From NCBI GenBank assembly GCA_964506465.1, contig CAZDLM010000002.1, positions 92,636-156,635 of the forward strand: a DNA stretch of 64,000 bases, in the 5' to 3' direction. Both the position numbers and the translations under genes were made by a program. Origin of the DNA: an uncultured Syntrophaceae bacterium. GTDB lineage: Bacteria; Desulfobacterota; Syntrophia; Syntrophales; UBA6109. This document shows, piece by piece, positions 57,476-64,000 of this stretch (the stretch's first letter is position 1; each line of letters starts with the position of its first letter). The notes beneath the pieces are model-generated. The model made no database searches, was not told the origin of the DNA, and was given only the letters and a program-made list of their open reading frames with translations.

Positions 57476-58363
57476 TTACAGAGCCCCGATGTCCCGGAGG
57501 ATCTTCTCCAGGGACTTCCTCTCCTCGGGATTCAACCGTTTCTGAGGCGGCATGGGAGGCCCCACGGGAAACCCCTGCATCTCTAGACCCGCCTTCACGC
57601 AGGCGGAGAGCGAAAAGCGCTGGAAGGCGACATTGATGGACCATTGTTTGATCTGCAGGCGCGCCGCATCTTCCCATCTTCCCTGTTTGGCCGTCTCGTA
57701 AAGTTCGATGCTCTGCTTGGGAATGATGCAAGCGGGGCCGGACATCCAACCCACGCCGCCGATCAAAAACATGAACAGCGGCACCGAAGAGGTGTCGCTG
57801 AAGATCCTGATGCGGTTTCCGAGCGCGGACACGATGGACATGACCTTGCCGACGTTGCCGGAAGCATCCTTCAGGTACTGGATGTTCGGTTCTTCGGCGA
57901 GCTGCTTCAGAGCGTCCACCGTGAAATCCCAGGTCTGGAATTTCGGGTTCGTGTAAAGCGTGATGGGGCAGGCGACCGCCCTGGCGATGGCGCGGAAGTG
58001 GCCGACGACCTGCGGCTCGCCCAGGGGGAAATAGCTGGGCATGATGGTCAGGATGCCGTCCACGCCCAATTTTTCGATTTCTGTCGCTTCTCGGACAGCT
58101 CCCTGTGTGGACGTGCTGCAGATCCCCGCAACGACGGGAACTCGTCCGGCAGCCGCGCTCATGACGATCTCCACGGTCCTCTTTCTCGTGGTCCAATCGA
58201 GGTAGGGCGCTTCGCCGGTGCTGCCCAGCGGCGTGACACCGTGGACGCCCTGGCGGATCAGATGATCGACAACGTCCGCCAGGACCTGCTCCTTGAGGCG
58301 CCCCTCTTCATCCAGGGGAGTAACAAGGTAGGGGAAGATCCCGTGAAATTCTTTTGCGGCCAT
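57476..58363 (-). CDS. DHDPS/NAL-family (DapA-like) class I aldolase/lyase, second copy
   Basis: GIFPYLVTPLDEEGRL...GVTPLGSTGEAPYL and a Schiff-base Lys strand IQYLKDASG. Confidence 0.85.
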   Translation of the reverse strand: MAAKEFHGIFPYLVTPLDEEGRLKEQVLADVVDHLIRQGVHGVTPLGSTGEAPYLDWTTRKRTVEIVMSAAAGRVPVVAGICSTSTQGAVREATEIEKLGVDGILTIMPSYFPLGEPQVVGHFRAIARAVACPITLYTNPKFQTWDFTVDALKQLAEEPNIQYLKDASGNVGKVMSIVSALGNRIRIFSDTSSVPLFMFLIGGVGWMSGPACIIPKQSIELYETAKQGRWEDAARLQIKQWSINVAFQRFSLSACVKAGLEMQGFPVGPPMPPQKRLNPEERKSLEKILRDIGAL

Positions 58364-58419
58364 GACATACCTCCTCCGTTCTCATCGGTCGGCATACCCC
58401 TCGATGATCGGCGCGCCGA

Positions 58420-59769
58420 TCATTGGAAAAGTTCGTTTGCGTCCGCGATCTCTTCGAGGCTCATCACCTTGTCGACGATCCTGTCCATCTGAGACTCGGG
58501 AAGAATCCCGCCGGCAAGGCCTTTGAATTTCGCGACCAGTTCGGACGCCGTCAGGGGATTTTCCGGATCTCCCTTCGGGTACTCGTTATAGGACTCCAGC
58601 TTCCGCCCGTCGGAAAGGACGATCGTGACGCGGGCGGGCCACTTGCGTGGGTAAAGTTTCGTCAATTCGGGAACCTCGGCAAAATGGACTTTCGCCATGA
58701 GGTCCCTGATGTCCGGGTTGGCCAGGCGGGACTCGTCGAAGTCGTCCAGGCGGACGTGGCCGAAGGTCAGCGCCGTAGCGGTGCAGAACGGCAGGTTGAA
58801 TTTTGCCAGGTAAGGCGACTTGGCCTCGACATTGCCCAGAAGGTCGATCGCCGCCTGATAGACCTCGATCCGAATTTCCTTCACGTCCGACGGCTTCAGC
58901 GTCTTGCCGCCCGTCGCCAGCAGCACGGCGTCGATGGCGGAGTGGGTATGTCCGCAGGAGGCATGAAACTTGATGGAATTGCGGTCGGTGTGAAAGATTT
59001 TCCCGAGGTCGGCCGTGCACTTGTCTTCATCGAAATTCTTCGACGTGGCCCGGAAAAACCCCTTGTCCCCTTCCAGGATCCTGCGGGCGCCCGTGAATCC
59101 CTCCTTCGCCAGCAGCGCCGCGAGAAGGCCGTTCATCGCCGCCTTGCCGGGGTGCAGTTGCTTGCTCATGGCGCATTCGACCAGGAACTCCCATAGACCG
59201 GCCGCCTGTGTTCCGGCCGAGCCGAGCGCCCATGCGAACTGATCCCTGTTCAGGCCCAGCAGCTTCGCCGCGCCCGCCGCCGCTCCGTACGTCCCGCACG
59301 TCGCCGTCGTATGCCAGGAATAATAATGACTCGTCCCTACGGCCAGGGCAACACGGATGCCGACCTCGTAACCGGCGGAAGCGGCAAGGATCAGCTCCTT
59401 GCCCGAGGCGTGCTGCCGCTCTCCGAGCGCAAGGACCGCGGGAAGAATCGCGCACGCCGGATGCAGGATGGACTCCCGGTGCAGGTCATCCATCTCGACG
59501 ACATGAGAGGTGGCGCCGTTGACCAGAGCCGCCAGGGCGCAGCTTGTCTTGGCGCCGTCGGGGATGGAGGTGGATTCGGGATTGCCGCCCAGACCGCGGG
59601 CGACGTTCCGAATCATCCGGACCGGCGGCAGGTCCCTGCCCGCATAAGCCGAGCCCAGCCAGTCCAGAATATATCCCTTCACGTTATCGACATGCGCTTT
59701 CCCCAGGTCTTCGAAACGAAGCCCACAGAAATATTCGGCCAGTCGGTCGGCAAGGATTTCTTTCGACAT
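58420..59769 (-). CDS. MmgE/PrpD-family protein (2-methylcitrate dehydratase-like)
   Basis: ORF 58420..60369 trimmed to ATG (complement 59767-59769) behind GGAGGAGGG. 450 aa. MSKEILADRLAEYFCGLRFEDL... and other PrpD-family stretches (HVVEMDDLH, WHTTATCGTYGAAA). Confidence 0.9.
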   Translation of the reverse strand: MSKEILADRLAEYFCGLRFEDLGKAHVDNVKGYILDWLGSAYAGRDLPPVRMIRNVARGLGGNPESTSIPDGAKTSCALAALVNGATSHVVEMDDLHRESILHPACAILPAVLALGERQHASGKELILAASAGYEVGIRVALAVGTSHYYSWHTTATCGTYGAAAGAAKLLGLNRDQFAWALGSAGTQAAGLWEFLVECAMSKQLHPGKAAMNGLLAALLAKEGFTGARRILEGDKGFFRATSKNFDEDKCTADLGKIFHTDRNSIKFHASCGHTHSAIDAVLLATGGKTLKPSDVKEIRIEVYQAAIDLLGNVEAKSPYLAKFNLPFCTATALTFGHVRLDDFDESRLANPDIRDLMAKVHFAEVPELTKLYPRKWPARVTIVLSDGRKLESYNEYPKGDPENPLTASELVAKFKGLAGGILPESQMDRIVDKVMSLEEIADANELFQ

Positions 59770-59840
59770 GCGCTCCCTCCTCCTTGTAAAGTTCAGCGGA
59801 CGACTGCAACCGTCGCCCTGCGTTCGGTGGTCCCGCTCAC

Positions 59841-60551
59841 CTAAAAATCCCCTTCCTTCGCCAGGGCGATAAAGTGGGCCACGTCGATCTTTTTCGGACA
59901 GACGTGCGTACAGGCCTTCGAGGTGTGGCAGCGGTAGACGCCTTCTTCGCTGTACAGGAGATCCAGCCGCTCGTCCTTCGCCGTTTCCCGCGTATCCATC
60001 ATGCGGACGATGCTGGCCATGGCGGCGTTGGGACCGATAAAGCTCTTGTGGGAACTGATGCACGCCGTGGCGCAGCAGAAACAGTTGATGCAGCGCGTGG
60101 CGTCTTCGTACTTGGCAATTTCCTGCGGGGAGATGATGTGCTCCGTGACGCCGGGCGGAAGCTGCTTGGGGGAAATGACATAAGGCTTCGCGCGATGGAC
60201 GCGTTCGTAGGCCTTTTCCCAGTCGACGACCAGGTCCCGGATCACCGGAGCGACCGTCACCGGCTCGATCTTGAATTCCGAGGTGCCGAACAGCTCCACG
60301 GCATTTTCCACCAGGAGCTCGCAGGCCAGCATCGGCCGGCCGTTGATCTTCACGGAACAGCTCCCGCACTGTCCGTGTTCGCAGGATGACGCCCAGCTCA
60401 GGGTGGCATCCTGTTCGACGTTGATTCTCCGGAACAGATCCACGAAGCGCAGAATCGCTCCGGCTTCCAGCTTGTAGGTCTGGAACCAGGTCTTATCCGT
60501 ATCGGGATCATAGCGTTTGATCGTCAGGGTCAGCGAGAAGATCTTGGACAT
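59841..60551 (-). CDS. SDH/FRD-type iron-sulfur subunit (set 2)
   Basis: SCEHGQCGSCSVKINGRPMLAC (2Fe-2S), CINCFCCATAC and CHTSKACTHVCPKK clusters. Confidence 0.85.
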   Translation of the reverse strand: MSKIFSLTLTIKRYDPDTDKTWFQTYKLEAGAILRFVDLFRRINVEQDATLSWASSCEHGQCGSCSVKINGRPMLACELLVENAVELFGTSEFKIEPVTVAPVIRDLVVDWEKAYERVHRAKPYVISPKQLPPGVTEHIISPQEIAKYEDATRCINCFCCATACISSHKSFIGPNAAMASIVRMMDTRETAKDERLDLLYSEEGVYRCHTSKACTHVCPKKIDVAHFIALAKEGDF

Positions 60552-60586
60552 AACTTCCTCCTAGGTTTGCGGCGAAGAAGCCGTCA

Positions 60587-62383
60587 TCAATACTTCCTCG
60601 GGATGATCTTGAAGTGCTCGGAATATTCCCCCTTGGCCTCGAAGAGGCTCATGTCGATGGGACGCTTTCCGAAGGTCACCTTGCCGAATTCGGTCATGGA
60701 CACGAGGGTGTGATACTGGAAATCGTCGCTCCGCACCGGGTAGTCCTCCCGGAAGTGCGCCCCGCGCGATTCCTTCCTCAGCAGGGCCCCCTGCGCGATC
60801 GTCATGGCGTTGTCCAGCAGATTGTCCAGTTCCCAGCGTTCGAACAGTTCCTGGTTCCATCTCGCGTCGCGGACCGATACCGACGTCTTCTCGGCCCGTT
60901 CCTTGAATGTCAGCAGTTCCTGGATCGCTTCCCCGACGCCCTTTTCGTGGCGGAACACGCCCACCTTGCGCGTCATCATGTCGCGCATTTCGAGACGCAC
61001 CCGCCCGATATTTTCCTTTCCCGTGCCCGCCAGATACGACGAGAAGAGGGCCAGGCTCGCCTCGCCCGCGTCTTTGGGGGCGGAAACCTGTTTTTCCGAC
61101 AGATAGGACTCGACGCGCTCCCCCACGTAGCGTCCCATGGTGAGGAGCTCCAGGAGCGAATTCGTTCCCAGGCGGTTGAAGCCGTGGAAGCTCGCGCAGG
61201 CGCATTCGCCGACGGCGAAGAGTCCCGGCACGATCTGGCCGGCGCTGCCCTGGACTTCTCCGAACGCATTCGTCGGGATGCCGCCCATATGGTAATGGTT
61301 GGAAGGCCGGACCGGGCAGAGCTGCGTGCGCGAATCGAGGTTGACGTAGGTCTTGAAGAAGCTCGCGACTTCCTTGAGCTTGACTTCGTGGACGTAGTCC
61401 GGCAGGTGGCGAAGATCGATCCAGACATGCTCGATCTGGTGATCGGGATTCATGATGCCCCGTCCCTCCCGGATTTCCGTCTCGATGGAGCGGGCCACGA
61501 TGTCCCGCGGCGCAAGATTCTTCATCTTGGGCGCATAGCGGTCCATAAAGGGCTCCATGTCCTTGTTGCGGAGGATCCCGCCTTCGCTGCGCAGGGCCTC
61601 GCTGGCAAGGATGCCGGGCCCCACGATGCCCGTCGGATGGAACTGGACGGCCTCGGGATCCATGACCGGCAGACCCGCCCGGAGAATCACGGCAATCCCG
61701 TCGCCCGTATTGCCGCGGCAGTTTGTCGTAATGCGAAAAACCTGTCCCGAGCCGCCCGTCGCCAGAACGGTGGCCTTGGCCAGCACCGTGACGAATTCAC
61801 CTTCCCGGATCTTGTAGAGAACCGCCCCGACGCAGACTCCTTCGTTGAAAAGGAGTTCCGTGACGACGGCGGAGTTGATGAAGGTCGATCCGTGCTTGAG
61901 CGCCTCGCCCCAGGCGGTGTCCATCATGCCCTTACCCGTGCGGTCGGCCTCAAAAACGGCCCGGAAGGAGTCCCCCTTGCCGAATTCGATGGTATGCCCG
62001 CCGAACTGACGTTTGCTGATGTTCCCTTCTTCATTCCGGCTCAGATGCATCCCGTGACCCTCAAGCCAGCGGATCTCGTCCCAGCCGCCCTCAACGATCT
62101 TCTTGACCACGTCCTGGTCGGAAGAACAGTCTCCCCCTTTCCAAGTGTCAAACATATGGTAGATCGGCTTGTCCGTTTTGTCCTTCGGATCGACGGCGGC
62201 CAGCCCGCCCTGAGCCGTGCTCGTATGGGACTTCTGCGGGTGCGACACCTTCGTTACCGCGAAAATCTTCAGATTCGGCTTGTGTTCGAGAAGGTGCGCA
62301 GCGCAGCGCAGACCCGCGCCGCCGGCTCCGACGATCAGGACATCACAGTTCAGCGTTGAAGAGATTTGCAGCTTGTTTCCCAT
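60587..62383 (-). CDS. SDH/FRD-type flavoprotein subunit (set 2)
   Basis: VGAGGAGLRCA, SHTSTAQGG (His for covalent FAD), FHPTG, EALRSEGG, HYHMGG, FNRLGTNS. Confidence 0.9.
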   Translation of the reverse strand: MGNKLQISSTLNCDVLIVGAGGAGLRCAAHLLEHKPNLKIFAVTKVSHPQKSHTSTAQGGLAAVDPKDKTDKPIYHMFDTWKGGDCSSDQDVVKKIVEGGWDEIRWLEGHGMHLSRNEEGNISKRQFGGHTIEFGKGDSFRAVFEADRTGKGMMDTAWGEALKHGSTFINSAVVTELLFNEGVCVGAVLYKIREGEFVTVLAKATVLATGGSGQVFRITTNCRGNTGDGIAVILRAGLPVMDPEAVQFHPTGIVGPGILASEALRSEGGILRNKDMEPFMDRYAPKMKNLAPRDIVARSIETEIREGRGIMNPDHQIEHVWIDLRHLPDYVHEVKLKEVASFFKTYVNLDSRTQLCPVRPSNHYHMGGIPTNAFGEVQGSAGQIVPGLFAVGECACASFHGFNRLGTNSLLELLTMGRYVGERVESYLSEKQVSAPKDAGEASLALFSSYLAGTGKENIGRVRLEMRDMMTRKVGVFRHEKGVGEAIQELLTFKERAEKTSVSVRDARWNQELFERWELDNLLDNAMTIAQGALLRKESRGAHFREDYPVRSDDFQYHTLVSMTEFGKVTFGKRPIDMSLFEAKGEYSEHFKIIPRKY

Positions 62384-62401
62384 CGCGCGTCCCCCTTTTC
62401 T

Positions 62402-63229
62402 TTAGATGAACAGAGTCAACTTCAGCGCCAGAAAGGCGAATACGACGACAACGACGGCGATCAGGGCCGTCACAGCCGTCCGGGCCGCCCCGGCGGAGAG
62501 GTAATCCGTAGCGATCGAATAGAGGCCGTAGCCGGTATGGTACAGCGCCGAGACCGCGAGCACCAGATCGACAAACCGGATGAAGACGTTCTGCATGCGG
62601 GCGACCACCGCCTGCGCCTCTTGCGCCATCGCGGGGTTCAGATGAGAGAAAACCAAATGCGCCGGAACTGCAATGATCAGGAAGGCGCCGCTGATCCGCT
62701 GGAGCTTCCACCAGGCCGAGTGTTTGGTATTCCAGATGCGGGACGCGACGGCGTACGCCGTAGCCAGGCCGGCGAAGAATGCCAGCAGCCAGAAGAAGAC
62801 CGCCGAAACGTTCTGATTGTTCATCAGCATGAGGATGCCGAGCAGGAGAGCATACGAGACGGTCAGGCCGAATGTCCAGCGGATCATCGTCTCGTCGTTG
62901 CGGCTTCCGAACGATTCGTAAAGAATCAGGCGCCCCCCGTTCAGGGCGTGAAAACCGACCATCAGCGATGAGGCCCAGGCAAAGAATACGACGATCGGCA
63001 GATACATCACCCTCATCTTCGCGTCGTAGACCGACGGCGTGGAAAGCGATGAAAGGGTATAAAGGTGAACGCCCAGGTAAATGACCAGGCCGATCCCCGT
63101 CAGCCGATGCAGCCAGCTGACGACGTAGTTCCACCCGTGAGTCTTCGCGTAGCAGGAAAGAATGGGCAATTTCTCGAGAACCTGCAGCAGCGTGGTGCCG
63201 AGCCCGCGGCGCTCCTCCAGAACCTTCAT
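62402..63229 (-). CDS. Single-polypeptide membrane anchor of SDH/FRD set 2 (SdhC-SdhD fusion-like, four conserved His)
   Basis: ORF 62402..63370 trimmed to ATG (complement 63227-63229). Its two halves parallel set-1 SdhC and SdhD: HRLTGIGL...FHALNGGRL and WKLQRISG...HLVFSHL...LYHTGYGL. Confidence 0.7.
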   Translation of the reverse strand: MKVLEERRGLGTTLLQVLEKLPILSCYAKTHGWNYVVSWLHRLTGIGLVIYLGVHLYTLSSLSTPSVYDAKMRVMYLPIVVFFAWASSLMVGFHALNGGRLILYESFGSRNDETMIRWTFGLTVSYALLLGILMLMNNQNVSAVFFWLLAFFAGLATAYAVASRIWNTKHSAWWKLQRISGAFLIIAVPAHLVFSHLNPAMAQEAQAVVARMQNVFIRFVDLVLAVSALYHTGYGLYSIATDYLSAGAARTAVTALIAVVVVVFAFLALKLTLFI

Positions 63230-63341
63230 AATCCTATCCCCCCCAGATGTGAAAGAAAGTTTCAGACGACGGGAACCCGGTCCTGACGTCGACGCCTTGT
63301 CATCGACGCATGAAACCGGGTCATGAACGGAAAACTGCCGC

Positions 63342-63370
63342 TTTATAACGACGAAGCCGCAATGTGTCAA
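63342..63370 (-). promoter_or_regulatory. Near-consensus sigma70 promoter for the set-2 SDH operon
   Basis: On the minus strand: TTGACA (complement 63365-63370), 17-nt spacer, TATAAA (complement 63342-63347), about 110 nt upstream of the anchor gene ATG. Confidence 0.5.
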
Positions 63371-63419
63371 GCATTATCACTTTCGTACGGCCGCGCTTTC
63401 CCGACTGACCTTTCGGATA

Positions 63420-64000
63420 TTAATAGAGTTTTGTGTACTCAAAATCCTCGGCGATGCCGAGTGAGCGATACGCCTCACGGCGGTTTGCCTCGATCCTGAG
63501 GTCCAGACGGTTGAAATGGTTGTTTCCCTCCGTGTCGATGTCCACGAGGAATGGACCCAGTTCTTCGATCTCCAGTTGCCAGGCCGCTTCGATACTTCCC
63601 AGCTCCTCCAGCCAATGGACGCCCCGTACACGGATCCGGTCCACAAAAAGCTGCGGCGTCACTCCCAGCGGTGTTGCATGAATGCAGCCGAGTTCCTTCA
63701 TGGCCGCCATGGTGGCCTTCCCCATCGTTGTCTTGCCGACAATCGCCCGCAGTCCCCATTCGCGGACCGATCTCGCGCCCCATTTTTCGAAGCGGATACT
63801 CGACGTCGGGACGAGCCCTACCAGGCGCCACGCGCCGCCCTCGGGCAGGATGATGGGACCGGTATGGATCAGGAGATTTCTTTCGCCCGTGGAAAACGGC
63901 AGGGCATGGGCCTCGTCGAAGACATACCGCTGCAGGCGGGAACGGCATGTCCAGGCGGGCCCGGAGAAATAGACCCTGTCGCCGATCCGGAGAGCCCGGA
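63420..64000 (-). CDS. Divergent Fe-S hydro-lyase beta-type (fumarase/tartrate dehydratase C-terminal-domain family) protein; 5' end off the window
   Basis: The track lists only 63420..63725. My translation shows the frame stays open to the window edge: ...LRIGDRVYFSGPAWTCRSRLQRY...GLVPTSSIRFEKWGARSVREWGLRAIVGKTTMGKATMAAMKELG...WQLEIEELGPFLVDID. It is collinear with the set-1 beta subunit (LKIGDKVLITGVIYTGRDAAHKRL...GPTTSYRMD...MIGKG...HRLEVENFPAVV). Confidence 0.75.
   Translation of the reverse strand, partial: RALRIGDRVYFSGPAWTCRSRLQRYVFDEAHALPFSTGERNLLIHTGPIILPEGGAWRLVGLVPTSSIRFEKWGARSVREWGLRAIVGKTTMGKATMAAMKELGCIHATPLGVTPQLFVDRIRVRGVHWLEELGSIEAAWQLEIEELGPFLVDIDTEGNNHFNRLDLRIEANRREAYRSLGIAEDFEYTKLY

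Overview
High-GC (about 60% by eye), gene-dense chromosomal segment from a diderm bacterium: it encodes an outer-membrane efflux factor, a porin-like barrel and lipoproteins. Gene content and the Zur-type operator recall deltaproteobacterial/Desulfobacterota-like genomes, but taxonomy cannot be fixed from sequence alone. I can support 54 protein-coding genes; two are truncated at the window edges and missing or truncated in the ORF track. I found no rRNA, tRNA, CRISPR array, transposase, integrase or recognisable phage/defence genes. Blocks in order:
(1) Cu-type P-type ATPase plus a SHOCT protein.
(2) A tightly coupled respiratory operon: Rieske, cytochrome b fused to dihaem c, Sco, caa3-type oxidase subunits I-III-IV-II, haem O synthase.
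(3) SDR, then an RND tripartite efflux operon, porin-like barrel, HtrA, M16 peptidase and a MATE exporter.
(4) A short, divergent CysRS/MshC-like ligase.
(5) An operon of MinD/ParA-like ATPase, HPD-less J-like/RodZ-type HTH protein and SPOR protein.
(6) znuACB-zur with a palindromic operator, preceded by two REP-like repeats.
(7) moaC, two small genes, a 1263-aa GlmS-like protein and pyrG.
(8) A rod-like structured RNA candidate.
(9) Split large-type purL/purQ.
(10) A roughly 9.4-kb minus-strand C4-dicarboxylate block: malic enzyme, two-subunit class I fumarase, sdhACDB and TRAP dctPQM.
(11) An AT-rich divergent control region with tandem palindromes.
(12) A second, paralogous SDH/FRD-like complex with a fused membrane anchor. 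It is embedded with a PrpD-family protein, a DHDPS-family lyase and a divergent Fe-S hydro-lyase.
Block 12 is my best candidate for an undescribed metabolic module. The giant GlmS-like protein, the CysRS/MshC-like ligase, the MinD/J-like/SPOR operon and the rod-like RNA are the other items worth follow-up. All functional calls rest on motifs I read in the translations; no database search was possible.
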